Under the pieces are notes generated by a model. The model worked only from the letters and a program-made list of their open reading frames with translations, did not search any database and was not told the origin of the DNA. Made by a program: the position numbers and the translations under genes. Shown here piece after piece: positions 1-10,287 of a stretch of DNA of 64,000 nucleotides (positions are counted from its first letter, which is position 1; each line of letters begins with the position of its first letter). This DNA comes from an uncultured Actinomycetes bacterium (GTDB lineage: Bacteria; Actinomycetota; Thermoleophilia; Gaiellales; JAICJC01), in assembly GCA_963732075.1 (NCBI GenBank), contig CAVSYD010000003.1, positions 1,017,770 to 1,081,769 of the forward strand, written 5' to 3'.

Positions 1-1053
1 CCCGGCCAGGTCGACCGGGTTGCGGGTCGCGGCGGTCGGCGGCAACTGCGCGGCCAGTTCGGCCGAGAGCGCGTCGGACAGCGCGGCAGCTCGAGGCCCG
101 CGGCAGCGGCGACATCGCATGCGATCGCCCCATGCCCGCCGCCGTCGCCGAGCACCGCGATCCGCGGGCCCCGCAGCGGGTGCGTGCGCACCAGCGCCTG
201 CACCAGGTCGATGAGCTCGTGGGGCGTCCGCACGACGTGCGCCCCGGCGGCACGGGCGGCGGCCGCCACCACGGCCGCGTCGCTGACAGCGCGCCGGTGT
301 GGGAGCGCGCGGCGCGCGCGCTCGCGTCGATGCGACCCACCGTCAGGAGCACCACCGGCTTGCCCGCGCCGGCGGCGGCGTCGACGAAGGCGCGGCCGTC
401 GCGGAAGTCCTCGGCGTAGACGGCGATCACCTCGGTGAGCGCGTGCTCGGCGAAGGCGGCGACGAGCTCGGCCAGTGTCGACGTCGGCCTGGTTGCCGAT
501 CGAGGCAAAGCGCGAGAACCCGAGCCCGTACCTCCCGCGCCAGGATGCCGAACTCGAGGGCGAGGTTGCCGCTCTGGGAGGCGAGGCCGATCGTCCCCGG
601 CGGGAACTCGTTGGAGCCAGGCCGAGGTCGGAGCCGGCGTCGTAGACGCCCAGGCAGTTCGGCCCGAGCAGCACCGCACCGGCGGCGCGCACGCGCTCCA
701 CCAGCGCCCGCTCGCGCAGCTCCGCCTCGGCGCCCAGCTCGCCCAGGCCCGGCGGTGATGCCGATCAGCGCCCGCGCGCCGGCGGCCAGCGCATCGTCGA
801 CCGCCTGCTCGAAGGCGGCCGCCGGGACGGCGACGACGACCAGCTCGGGAACACCGGGCAGCTCGGCGAGCGAGGTGTAGGCCGTCCGGCCGAGGACGGT
901 GCCGCCCTTTCGGTTGACCAGGTAGACGGGCCGGCGGTGCTCGCCCTTGAGCGCCCCGCGCCCGAGCCAGTTGCCCCACTTGGCGGGGTCGTCGGAGGCT
1001 CCGACGATGGCGACCGAACGTGGGTCGAAGAGCGGGCGAAGGTCACGTGCCAC
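1..1053 (-). CDS. Acetate/acyl-CoA ligase (NDP-forming) family protein, N-terminal CoA-binding part; frameshifted and running off the window edge
   Basis: GTG at 1053 gives ARDLRPLFDPRSVAIVGASDDPAKWG...YLVNRKGG...PELVVVAVP; later ASQSGNLALE. The frame breaks near 750 and again further downstream. Confidence 0.85.
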
Positions 1054-1067
1054 GGCGCCGTATGCTG

Positions 1068-2372
1068 TCAGCGTTCGAGGATGGCTGCGGCGGCAGCCCG
1101 GCCGGTGCGCACCGCGCCCTCCATGTAGCCCGCCACCCAGTGGTCGGAGCCGGCGACGTAGAACGGCGGCTCGTGCGTCCCGTGCAGCGGCCCGACTCCC
1201 ATCACATCGCCGGGCGCCCACTGGGTCACGTAGCCGAGCGTGTACGGATCGACGCCCCAGTCGCGCTGGAGATAGGCCACCGCGTCATGTGCGCGCTCGT
1301 CGTAGATCCGCGCGAGCGCCGCCAGCACCTCGGCGCGGCGCTGCTCGTCGACCATCGACAGGTGGTGCAGGAGCCGCTCGGGTGGCACCAGGATCGACAG
1401 CACGCCCTCACTCTGCGGCCACGTCGAGCCGAACAGGTTCTCGCTCTCGCACAGGCCGTTTTGGCCCAGCTCGCGCCAGAACGGGGTCGCGTAGGCGACC
1501 ACGACCTTGCCCGCGCGGGCGTGGCGCTGGCGCCGCAGCGACGCCGCCCGCTCCGGCGAGAGCCCCTCCACCACGATGTCGCGCAGCGGCCCCACCGGGA
1601 CCGCGCACACGACGGCGTCGGCGGTCAGGCGGGTGCCGTCGGCAAGCACCACCTCGGCGCTGCCGTCGACCGCGATGCGCCGCACCGGCGCCGAGAGCCG
1701 CACTCGGTCGCCGAGCTCGGCGGCCATCCGCAGCGGCACGGTGGCGGATCCCTCGGCGACCGTCTGGTTCTCCCACGCCTCCAGGTCATAGGTGCCGAGC
1801 GCCCCGGCGACCGCGTCCATCCGCAGCGCCGAGAGCAGCGAGATGCGCTCGCCGGAGCCGCCCGACAGGCTGAGCGCCTGCGCCTCGCGCAGCCGCATGA
1901 CGTTCGCGGTCGCGCCCACCTCGCGCATCCAGGCGTTGATCGACAGCCGGTCGAGCCGGTCGGCGTCGGGGTGGCTCCAGGGGTCGGCCGGGTCGACCGT
2001 CCGCGCGAGCTCCGCGAACAGACCGGCCACCCGCCCGCCGTCGGCCTCGTCGGCGTCGGTCAGCCACGGGATCTCGTCGCCGCACCAGGTGCCGTCGACC
2101 AGGTCGTAGGTGATCTCGCCCGGATCGACCACATAGCTCGGGCGCATCGTGAGGCCAAGCTCCGCGACGAGCCCCAGATAGGCGGTGTGGAAGTCACCCA
2201 CCACCTCGCCGCCGAGCTGCACGACGCGGCCGTCGGGGATCTCGGTCTGCTCGACCCTGCCGCCCGGCCGGTCGCGCGCCTCGAGCACCGTGACGTCACA
2301 GCCGGCGCGGTGCAGGTCGCGGCCCGCCGCCAGCCCGGCCAGGCCGGCGCCCACCACCAGCACCCGCGTCAT
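1068..2372 (-). CDS. Flavin monoamine/putrescine oxidase family protein
   Basis: VVGAGLAGL FAD motif, LEARDRPGGR, C-terminal AGYMEGAVRTG; 434 aa. Confidence 0.9.
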   Translation of the reverse strand: MTRVLVVGAGLAGLAAGRDLHRAGCDVTVLEARDRPGGRVEQTEIPDGRVVQLGGEVVGDFHTAYLGLVAELGLTMRPSYVVDPGEITYDLVDGTWCGDEIPWLTDADEADGGRVAGLFAELARTVDPADPWSHPDADRLDRLSINAWMREVGATANVMRLREAQALSLSGGSGERISLLSALRMDAVAGALGTYDLEAWENQTVAEGSATVPLRMAAELGDRVRLSAPVRRIAVDGSAEVVLADGTRLTADAVVCAVPVGPLRDIVVEGLSPERAASLRRQRHARAGKVVVAYATPFWRELGQNGLCESENLFGSTWPQSEGVLSILVPPERLLHHLSMVDEQRRAEVLAALARIYDERAHDAVAYLQRDWGVDPYTLGYVTQWAPGDVMGVGPLHGTHEPPFYVAGSDHWVAGYMEGAVRTGRAAAAAILER

Positions 2373-2785
2373 CGAGCGTCGGGCCCCAGGATCCGGTGCA
2401 GCAGAACCTCGACCCGGTCACGCTCGGCATCGACGGCCGGCTCCTCGCCCGGGACGGTGAGGGCGAGGAGATAGTGGTTCCAGAGCACATCGACGACATG
2501 CGCGGCGAGGGCGTCCGGGCCGCACCGGTCGAGGTAGCGCTCGAGCAGGGCCCGCCGGTCGCGCAGGTATGCGAGCCAGTCGGCGTAGCCGCCGTGGAGG
2601 ATGATCTGCTCGACGTGCTCGGCCTCGGTGCCCGCGTCACCCGCGGGCTCGTCGAGCGCCGCCCGCAGCGCCGTGACCGCCGCCGGGAGCTGCGATTCGC
2701 CCTCGGGAGTCAGAAAGAGCCACCGGTCGCGCCAGTCCTCGGCGTGCCCGTGGTGGTCGGATGCGGGTGCGGCGTTGACGCTCAT
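2369..2785 (-). CDS. Hypothetical protein (138 aa), translationally coupled to the amine oxidase
   Basis: Normal composition; ATGA overlap with the next gene at 2369-2372. Confidence 0.7.
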   Translation of the reverse strand: MSVNAAPASDHHGHAEDWRDRWLFLTPEGESQLPAAVTALRAALDEPAGDAGTEAEHVEQIILHGGYADWLAYLRDRRALLERYLDRCGPDALAAHVVDVLWNHYLLALTVPGEEPAVDAERDRVEVLLHRILGPDAR

Positions 2786-2802
2786 CGGGTCGGCAGGGTA
2801 TC

Positions 2803-2818
2803 CTGACTGATCAGTCAG
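2803..2818. promoter_or_regulatory. Perfect 16-bp palindrome CTGACTGATCAGTCAG, candidate TetR operator
   Basis: Lies in the 51-bp gap between divergent genes, one of which is a TetR regulator. Confidence 0.7.
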
Positions 2819-2836
2819 TCAGTCCCACGGTTCATC

Positions 2837-3448
2837 ATGACGGAGCCCACCGCGAATCGCAAGCACCTGATCCTTGATGCCGCCTGCCGTGCGATTGCAC
2901 GCAGCGGGGCGGCCGCGGTGCGGGTGGCCGACGTCGCCCGCGAGGCCGGGGTCTCGACCGCGCTCGTGCACTACTACTTCCCCGCCCGCGCCGACGTGAT
3001 CCTTGCGGCCTTCGCGCATGTCGACGATCTGGCGGACGCCGTCGCCGAGGAGCACCTGGCCTCGCTCCGGACGGGCCGCGAGCGGGTCGAGCGGCTGATC
3101 CTGACCTGGGCCGGAGACGATCCCGCCATCCGCACGAACTGGGCGGTCTGGAACGAGATGTGGCAGTACGCGGCGCACAACGAGGCGGCGCGGGCGATGG
3201 TCGCCCACTCCCACGGCCGCTGGCTCGACCAGGTGGCGGGCCTCATCGCCGAGGGCACGGCCGACGGGTCGATCGCCGCAACCGTGGACGTGGACGCCGC
3301 CGCCCGCCGGCTCGCGGCCTGCGTGGACGACTGGGGCCGCGAGACGCTGATAGGGATGCGCACGCCGGCCGGGATGCGAGCGGCGCTGGCCGCCGCGACG
3401 GCGCACGAGCTGGGGCCGGTGCGCCGGGCGCGCGGGAGGGCGGCATGA
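2837..3448 (+). CDS. TetR/AcrR family regulator (BetI-like C-terminal domain)
   Basis: ILDAACRAIARSG...VADVAREAGVSTALVHYYF helix-turn-helix. Confidence 0.9.
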   Translation: MTEPTANRKHLILDAACRAIARSGAAAVRVADVAREAGVSTALVHYYFPARADVILAAFAHVDDLADAVAEEHLASLRTGRERVERLILTWAGDDPAIRTNWAVWNEMWQYAAHNEAARAMVAHSHGRWLDQVAGLIAEGTADGSIAATVDVDAAARRLAACVDDWGRETLIGMRTPAGMRAALAAATAHELGPVRRARGRAA

Positions 3449-4599
3449 GCGCCGAGCCACCTCGCACCCTGCCGGCGTGGGCGTACCGGAGCCCGGAGTT
3501 CTTCCAGGCCGAGCGGCGTGAGATCTTCACGCGCGACTGGCTCCTGATCGGCCACGTGAGCCAGGTGCAGGAGCCCGGCGACTACATCTCGATGACCGTC
3601 GCCGGCGAGCCGATCGCGGTCGTGCGCGGCGCCGACGGCGAGCTGCGGGCGTTCTCGAACGTGTGCCGGCACCGCGCCTCGCGCGTCCTCGACGGCTCCG
3701 GCAACTGCGGCAAGGCCATGCGCTGCCCGTACCACGGCTGGACGTACGGCCTTGACGGGCGGCTGCTCGCCATCCCCGAGAAGACCGGGTTCGCGGGCTT
3801 CGACAAGGACGCGAACGGGCTCTGGCCGCTGTCGGCCGGCGTCGCCGCCGGATTCGTCTTCGCCAGCCTGAACCCCGACCCGGAGCCGCTCAGCGACTAC
3901 CTCGGCCCGTTCGAGCGCTGGCTGGCGCCGTACCGGCCCGAGCGGCTCGTGCGCAGCGCGGAGGCCACCAGCATCCTGCCGATCAACTGGAAGAACTCGA
4001 TCGACAACTACCTCGAGGGCTACCACATCCCGGTCGGCCACCCCGGGCTCCTGCGGCTGCTCGACTACAAGCGCTACCTGGTCGAGACCAGCGCAGCACG
4101 CGTCTCGATCGCCCGCAGCCCGATGCGCGACAAGGTCTCGCACAACATGCAGGAGCGCCTCTACCAGCGCCTGATGCGGCCGATGCCGGGCCTGCGCGAG
4201 CCGGAGAACCGGGAGTGGAACTTCATCTTCGCCTTCCCCGGGATGACGGTCAATCTCTACCCCGATCAGATCGACTTCTGGCTCAACTACCCCGTCGACG
4301 AGCGGCGGACGCTCTCGGTCTGGAACTCGTTCCGGCCTCCCGAGACGGCGGGGCGCCGCGACCGGCTGGTGCGCAGGCTGAACTCGCGCATCAACGGGCT
4401 CGTCCAGCACGAGGACAACGAGCTCACCGCCCGTGTGCAGGACGGGCTCGGCTCGAGCCTGTACCGGGCCGGGGTGATCGGCGCCCGCGAGAACGGCCTG
4501 CTCCACTTCCACGACCTGATCCGCGATGCCATCCCGGCGGCGGCGATCGACGACGAGCGCGAGGGGACGAGCGCGCTCGAGGCCGGAGTGCGGGCGTGA
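3445..4599 (+). CDS. Rieske non-heme iron oxygenase alpha subunit (choline/carnitine monooxygenase-like)
   Basis: ATG 3445 overlaps the TetR stop; Rieske motifs NVCRHR and CPYHGW; NWKNSIDNYLEGYHIPVGH iron site. Confidence 0.9.
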   Translation: MSAEPPRTLPAWAYRSPEFFQAERREIFTRDWLLIGHVSQVQEPGDYISMTVAGEPIAVVRGADGELRAFSNVCRHRASRVLDGSGNCGKAMRCPYHGWTYGLDGRLLAIPEKTGFAGFDKDANGLWPLSAGVAAGFVFASLNPDPEPLSDYLGPFERWLAPYRPERLVRSAEATSILPINWKNSIDNYLEGYHIPVGHPGLLRLLDYKRYLVETSAARVSIARSPMRDKVSHNMQERLYQRLMRPMPGLREPENREWNFIFAFPGMTVNLYPDQIDFWLNYPVDERRTLSVWNSFRPPETAGRRDRLVRRLNSRINGLVQHEDNELTARVQDGLGSSLYRAGVIGARENGLLHFHDLIRDAIPAAAIDDEREGTSALEAGVRA

Positions 4600-4681
4600 C
4601 GACAGGCCGCCTCCCGAAGGCATCCAACCAGCCGGGTGTGATAGACGTCATACCCAGCGCGGACCACCAGGGGAGGCAGCG

Positions 4682-5968
4682 ATGACGTTTCATCCGAAGG
4701 AGCGGCGCGGGCACACCCGGCGCGACCTGCTCGCACGGGCCGGAGGCACCGCGCTCGGGCTCTCGGGCGCGGCCTCGCTGCTCGCCGCGTGCGCCGACAG
4801 CACCACGCCCACGGGCTCGACCACCGGCGCGGGGGGCGAGCCGGTCGGCCCGGGCGGTCTGCCCCTGGCGCGCCCCGACCGGCGGGTGACCATGCCGCGG
4901 TGGGAGCAGCCGATCGCCTCGGGGCTCGAGCCCGAGCGGGGCGGAACGTTCAACGTCTACAACTACCCCGACTACCTGTACACGCCGCTGCTCAAGAAGT
5001 TCTGCGCCAAGTACGACGTGACGCCCGAGTTCACGCCGTTCGACAACATCGCCTCGGGCATCCAGCGGCTGGCGTCGGGCTCGGTCGCGCCCGACGTGAT
5101 GGAGATGACGCCGGACAACCTCGACCAGGCCGTGGCCGGCAAGCTGATCAAGCCGCTCAACCTGGACTACATCCCCAACCTGGCGAAGAACATCTGGCCG
5201 CAACTCGTGAGCCCGTTCTACGACGTCGGATCGCGCTACACCGTCCCGTACACCTGTTACGCCACCGGCATCTTCTGGCGCAACGACTATGTCAAGCGAA
5301 ACATCGCCGCAATGACGCAGCCGTGGGACATCTTCTGGGAGTCGCAGGCATACAGCGGCAAGGTGGCCCTGCTCTCGGAAGACCGTGAGACGATCGCGAT
5401 GGCGCTCCTGCGGCGAGGGATCACCGACATCAACACCGAAGACCCAAAGCTGATCAACCGCGCCGTCTCCGACCTGAAACAGCTCTACACCATCTGCAAC
5501 GTCAAGGTCGGCGACTCCCAGTACCAGACCATCCCCGAGGGCACCGCCTGGCTCAACCAGGCGTGGTCGGGAGACCCGATCTCGGGCTACATCTACTACC
5601 TGCCCAAGGGCACGCCGGCGTCGGCGCTCAGCTTCTGGAAAGCGCCCAAGGGTCACGTGCCCGTGCAGAACGACTGCTGGTCGATCTGCGCCACCACCAA
5701 GAAGCCGGTGCTGGCCCACCTCTGGCTCAACTACATCATCGACAACGGTGTCGCGTACTCGAACTTCGTCAACTTCAACGGCTACCAGCCGCCGCTCAAC
5801 GAGATCGATCCCAACAGCCTGATCAAGAAGGGCGTTGTCCCGGAGAACCTGCGCACAGCGATTCTCACCAACGACGACTTCGGACCCACCTCCCTGCAGG
5901 AGAGCACCCTGACCTCAAACGGCAGGGTCCTGTGGCAGAACGGGTACTCCGACTTCCTGGCGGGCTAG
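4682..5968 (+). CDS. PotD/PotF-like polyamine ABC substrate-binding lipoprotein, Tat signal
   Basis: TRRDLL Tat motif, LLAAC lipobox, YNYPDY, YTVPYTCYATGI, QAWSGD; RBS GGGAGG. Confidence 0.85.
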   Translation: MTFHPKERRGHTRRDLLARAGGTALGLSGAASLLAACADSTTPTGSTTGAGGEPVGPGGLPLARPDRRVTMPRWEQPIASGLEPERGGTFNVYNYPDYLYTPLLKKFCAKYDVTPEFTPFDNIASGIQRLASGSVAPDVMEMTPDNLDQAVAGKLIKPLNLDYIPNLAKNIWPQLVSPFYDVGSRYTVPYTCYATGIFWRNDYVKRNIAAMTQPWDIFWESQAYSGKVALLSEDRETIAMALLRRGITDINTEDPKLINRAVSDLKQLYTICNVKVGDSQYQTIPEGTAWLNQAWSGDPISGYIYYLPKGTPASALSFWKAPKGHVPVQNDCWSICATTKKPVLAHLWLNYIIDNGVAYSNFVNFNGYQPPLNEIDPNSLIKKGVVPENLRTAILTNDDFGPTSLQESTLTSNGRVLWQNGYSDFLAG

Positions 5969-5971
5969 CGG

Positions 5972-6862
5972 ATGTATCCCCGCTGGCTCTGGAGAAGCTT
6001 CGCGCTCCCAGGCATCATCTGGCTGATCGTCCTGTTCATCGTGCCGTTCTACGCCGTGACCGCGGTGGCGTTCGGCTCGGTGAACCCGATCCTGCTGACG
6101 CCCGAACCCATCTGGAATCCGCTCAAGTGGAACATCGGGTGGGTCAGCAACGCGCTCTCGCGGCTCCAGCCGGGGCACGACCTGTGGGTCGTGTTCGTGC
6201 GCACGTGCGAGTACGTCGGCTTCTCGCTCGCGTTGTGCATCGCGATCGGCTACCCGATCGCCTACTACATCGCCCGGCACACGTCACGCACGAAGGGTCT
6301 GCTCCTGATCCTGCTGATCCTGCCGCTCTGGGTCAGCTACCTGATGCGGATGCTGGCCTGGGTGAACCTGCTCGCGCCGGACGGGTACGTGAACCGGTTC
6401 CTCATGTTCACGCACGTCATCAACAGCCCGTACGGGTTCCTTGACGGCAAGCCGCTGACCGTCATCCTGGCGCTCGTCTACGGCTACATCCCCTACCTGA
6501 TCCTGCCTCTGTACGCATCGCTTGACCGCATCGACAAGAGCCTCATCGAGGCTGCGCGCGACCTGGGCGCCAGCCCGATGCGAACGTTCCTTCACGTCAC
6601 GCTCCCGCTGTCGAAGACGGGCATCCTGGGCGGATGCGTGCTGGTCGCACTGCCGATGTTCGGCGACTACTACACGCCCAACATCGTCTCGGGCGCTCCC
6701 ACGACGTCCATGCTCGGAAACCAGATCGACCTGTACTTCCACAGCACGTCGCAGCCGACGATCGGCGCGGCGCTCACCCTGCTCATGTCGGTGTTCCTGG
6801 TCGTTCTGATGGCGTACTACATGGTCACCGTCGCCCGGCAGACCAAGGAGCTGCGCGCATGA
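5972..6862 (+). CDS. PotB-like ABC permease
   Basis: TM segments; LIEAARDLGAS EAA loop. Confidence 0.9.
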   Translation: MYPRWLWRSFALPGIIWLIVLFIVPFYAVTAVAFGSVNPILLTPEPIWNPLKWNIGWVSNALSRLQPGHDLWVVFVRTCEYVGFSLALCIAIGYPIAYYIARHTSRTKGLLLILLILPLWVSYLMRMLAWVNLLAPDGYVNRFLMFTHVINSPYGFLDGKPLTVILALVYGYIPYLILPLYASLDRIDKSLIEAARDLGASPMRTFLHVTLPLSKTGILGGCVLVALPMFGDYYTPNIVSGAPTTSMLGNQIDLYFHSTSQPTIGAALTLLMSVFLVVLMAYYMVTVARQTKELRA

Positions 6863-7791
6863 CCACCACCACAGCGCCCACGGCCGTCGCTCCCAAGCAC
6901 CGGAGCCTGTTCACGCGGGCGCGGAACTGGCTGGCCAACCCCTGGGGACGGCCGCGCTTCCTGATCGTATTCACGTGGACGTACATGCTGTGGTCGATCG
7001 TCCCGGTGCTGATCGCGGTGCAGTACTCGTTCAACAACAGCCGCTCGCGCACCATCTGGGCGGGATTCTCGACGCGGTGGTACATCAGCGACCCCAACTC
7101 GGTCATCAACTCTCCGGGCCTGAGCAACGCCCTCGTGCAGAGCCTCAAACTGGCCACCGCCGACGTGCTGATCGCAACTCCGATCGGCGTGCTCCTGGCG
7201 CTCGGACTGGCCCGCTGGACGGGGCGCGGGTCGGGCGCCTCGAACTTCATCATGCTCTTCCCGCTCGTGACGCCCGAGATCGTCATGGGCGTGTCGCTGT
7301 TGCTGGTCTTCTCGAATCTGTTCACCTTCATCCACACCGGCACGCTCGCCCAGATCCTCGGGCATGTCACCTTCTCGATCTCCTATGTGGTGGTGATCGT
7401 GCGCGGCCGCCTGTTCTCGATCGGGAAACAGTACGAGGAGGCCGCCGCCGACCTGGGCGCATCGCCCCGCGTGGCGCTCTACAAGGTGCTCCTGCCGCTG
7501 CTCACGCCGGCGATCGTGGCCGGTGCGGCGATCGTCTTCGCCATCTCGATCGACGACTTCGTGATCTCCTACTGGCTCTCGAGCGGCGGAGGCACGACGA
7601 CGGTGCCGATGGAGATCTACGCGGCCACGCGCGCCGCGCCGCTGCCGTCCACGAACGCCATCGCCACAATCCTCTCGCTGATCACGCTGGCGTCCGTGAT
7701 TCTCGGCTACGTCTTCTACCGGATCTTCACCCGCGGCGAGCGCCAGGCCGGTTCCGGGATGGTCGGCGACCTGGCTGCCTTCGACATCTAG
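6859..7791 (+). CDS. PotC-like ABC permease
   Basis: ATGA overlap at 6859; YEEAAADLGA, FAISIDDF. Confidence 0.9.
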   Translation: MTTTTAPTAVAPKHRSLFTRARNWLANPWGRPRFLIVFTWTYMLWSIVPVLIAVQYSFNNSRSRTIWAGFSTRWYISDPNSVINSPGLSNALVQSLKLATADVLIATPIGVLLALGLARWTGRGSGASNFIMLFPLVTPEIVMGVSLLLVFSNLFTFIHTGTLAQILGHVTFSISYVVVIVRGRLFSIGKQYEEAAADLGASPRVALYKVLLPLLTPAIVAGAAIVFAISIDDFVISYWLSSGGGTTTVPMEIYAATRAAPLPSTNAIATILSLITLASVILGYVFYRIFTRGERQAGSGMVGDLAAFDI

Positions 7792-7812
7792 TGATGCGGT
7801 AGGCTGATCACA

Positions 7813-8928
7813 GTGCCCGGCGAAGTCACTCTCGTGGATCTGGTCAAGCGATTCGGCGACGTCGCGGCTGTGGCCGGAATCAACGTGGACATGCCGAGCG
7901 GCGAGTTCTTTTCGATGCTCGGTCCGTCGGGCTGCGGCAAGACGACCACGCTGCGGATGATCGCCGGGTTCGAGCAGCCCACCGAGGGCCAGATCCTGCT
8001 CGACGGCGACGACATGGCCTTCACGCCGCCGCACAAGCGCAACGTGAACACGGTGTTCCAGAACTACGCCCTGTTCCCGCACCTGAATGTCTTCGACAAC
8101 GTGGCGTTCGGCCTGCGCCGGCAGAAGGTCGGCAGGCAGGAGGTGCGCCAGCGCGTCGGCGAGGCCCTGGAGCTGGTGCAGCTCACCGGGTATGAGAAGC
8201 GCAAGCCTGGCCAGATGTCCGGCGGCCAGCAGCAGCGCGTGGCGCTCGCGCGGGCGCTCGTGCTGAAGCCGGCGGTGCTGCTCCTCGACGAGCCGCTGGG
8301 CGCCCTCGACGCCAAGCTGCGAAAGGCGCTGCAGGTCGAGCTGAAGGCGCTGCAGCAGCAGGTCGGGATCACCTTCCTCTACGTCACCCATGACCAGGAG
8401 GAGGCGCTCACGATGAGTGACCGAATCGCGGTCATGGCCGACGGCCGGGTCGAGCAGGTGGGGCCGCCGCAGGAGATCTACGAGGCGCCCGAGACGGTCT
8501 TCGTGGCCGACTTCCTGGGCGCGTCCAACCTGATGGACGCCGAGGCGGTCGGCGGGGCGAACATCTGCCGCCTGATGGTGGGCGACTTCGAGCTCGACGC
8601 GATGCGCGGACGGACCGACGCGCGCGGCCCGACAAAGGTCACGATCCGGCCCGAGCGGGTGCACCTCGAAGATCAGGGCGCCACAGGCCCCAACCGCATT
8701 CCGGGCATGGTCGAGCGGCTCGTCTACCTGGGCTCCGCCGTGCAGGTGATCACCCGCCTGGCGGTCGGGATGACGATCCAGGTGCTGGTGCAGAACACGG
8801 GCGACGAGATCCCGTGGAAGCAGGGCACCCCGGTGCAGGTGTACCTGCCGGCCGAGGCGCTGCGCGTGCTGACCGACACCGGCGCCGCGCTCGCCAAGCT
8901 CGACGAAGAAGCCGTCGAGCCGGCCTAG
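7813..8928 (+). CDS. PotA-like ABC ATPase
   Basis: GPSGCGKT, MSGGQQQR, LLLDEP, C-terminal TOBE-like domain. Confidence 0.93.
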   Translation: MPGEVTLVDLVKRFGDVAAVAGINVDMPSGEFFSMLGPSGCGKTTTLRMIAGFEQPTEGQILLDGDDMAFTPPHKRNVNTVFQNYALFPHLNVFDNVAFGLRRQKVGRQEVRQRVGEALELVQLTGYEKRKPGQMSGGQQQRVALARALVLKPAVLLLDEPLGALDAKLRKALQVELKALQQQVGITFLYVTHDQEEALTMSDRIAVMADGRVEQVGPPQEIYEAPETVFVADFLGASNLMDAEAVGGANICRLMVGDFELDAMRGRTDARGPTKVTIRPERVHLEDQGATGPNRIPGMVERLVYLGSAVQVITRLAVGMTIQVLVQNTGDEIPWKQGTPVQVYLPAEALRVLTDTGAALAKLDEEAVEPA

Positions 8929-8932
8929 CCGC

Positions 8933-9715
8933 GTGGCCGCCGACGGCCAGTCGGTCGACGTCAGGCGCGAGGGCGCCGTCTGCGTGGTCGAGCTTCGCCG
9001 CGAGCAGAAGCTGAACGCGCTCTCGGCGGTGATGGAGGAGCAACTGGGCGAGGCCATCGCCCGCATCGAGGTGCGCGAGGCGCGCTGCGTCGTATTCACC
9101 GGCGGGCGGCGGGCCTTCTCGGCCGGGGCCGACGTGACCGAGTTCCGCGATGCCGATCCGGCGTCGGTGATGGCCTACTACCGGTCGCACGGCGGCGTGT
9201 ACGAGCGCGTCGCCAGGCTGCCGCAGCCGACGGTGAGCGCGATCGCCGGCTACTGCCTGGGCGGTGGATTCGAGCTCGCGCTGGCGACCGACCTGCGCGT
9301 GGCCGAACGCTCGGCGACGTTCGGGCTGCCCGAGGTGAGCCTGGGCATCGTCCCGAGCTCGGGCGGTCTGCTGCGGCTTGCGCGGGCCGTCGGCCCGGCC
9401 CGGGCGAAGGATCTGATCCTGCGCGGCCGCCGCCTCGACGCCGCCGAGGCGCACTCGCTCGGGCTGGTGACCGAGATCGTGGACGACGGCGAGGCGCTCG
9501 AGCGGGCCATCGAGCTCGCCGGCGAGCTCTCCCAGCTCCCGCCACTGGCCCTGCAGGTCGCGAAGCAGGCGATCGACCTGGCGGCGGAGTCGTCGCGAGA
9601 GACGGTCGTCCTGATGGAGCAGATCGCCTACGGCATGCTCTCCCTCACAGATGATGCCCAGGAAGCGGCGGTCGCCTTCGCCGAGAAGCGCCCGCCCCGC
9701 TTCGACGGCGCGTAG
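8933..9715 (+). CDS. Enoyl-CoA hydratase/isomerase family protein
   Basis: AFSAGAD, GGGFELALATD, FGLPEVSLG, AFAEKRPPRF. Confidence 0.9.
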   Translation: MAADGQSVDVRREGAVCVVELRREQKLNALSAVMEEQLGEAIARIEVREARCVVFTGGRRAFSAGADVTEFRDADPASVMAYYRSHGGVYERVARLPQPTVSAIAGYCLGGGFELALATDLRVAERSATFGLPEVSLGIVPSSGGLLRLARAVGPARAKDLILRGRRLDAAEAHSLGLVTEIVDDGEALERAIELAGELSQLPPLALQVAKQAIDLAAESSRETVVLMEQIAYGMLSLTDDAQEAAVAFAEKRPPRFDGA

Positions 9716-9716
9716 A

Positions 9717-9810
9717 CGCCACAAAGGCGTCACAACTTGCACACCGCCCCCAACCGGGGACTGTCCCCGGTCCAACGGGTTAAGGGACTGTCCCCTTGGG
9801 GACAGTCCCC
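9717..9810. repeat. Composite REP-like element with three GGG(G)AC(A/T)GTCCCC palindromes
   Basis: Copies at 9756-9768, 9784-9795 and 9798-9810 between convergent genes; 9717-9771 is an inverted copy of the 47394/53322 repeat. Confidence 0.75.
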
Positions 9811-9823
9811 GCGTGGTGTTCGC

Positions 9824-10258
9824 CTATCCCAGGCCGGCCGCGGTGAGCGCCGCGCGGGCGCAGGCCTCGTCCTGCTCGCCCGTGCCGCCGCTCACCCCGA
9901 GGCCGCCGACCAGATCGCCGCCGGCGACGATCGGCAGGCCGCCGGCGTAGACGACCACCCGCCCGCCGGTCGTGGTGTTGAAGCCCCAGTCGACCCCACC
10001 CGGCTGGGTGCTGGCCATGAAGTCGCCGGTCGGCACCTCCCACAGCACCGCGGTGTACGCCTTGTCGACGGCGAGCGCCATCGCCCCGAGCGCCGCGCCG
10101 TCCATTCGCGCCGACGCGACCGCGTTGCCGCCCCGGTCGGCGACGGCGACCGCCACCGAAAGCCCCTCCCGCGCCGCCGCGGCGCGCACCTCGTCGATCA
10201 GCCGCAGGGCCAGGTCGAGGCCGATCTGGCGAACGTGCTGCGTGCCGTCATCGCTCAT
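9824..10258 (-). CDS. GlcG/HbpS family heme-binding protein
   Basis: VAVADRGG...RMDGA...KAYTA...GGLPI...VGGLGVSGG..EQD. Confidence 0.9.
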   Translation of the reverse strand: MSDDGTQHVRQIGLDLALRLIDEVRAAAAREGLSVAVAVADRGGNAVASARMDGAALGAMALAVDKAYTAVLWEVPTGDFMASTQPGGVDWGFNTTTGGRVVVYAGGLPIVAGGDLVGGLGVSGGTGEQDEACARAALTAAGLG

Positions 10259-10287
10259 CGTTCACGCTCCTCCCGGTCGATGCCCAT

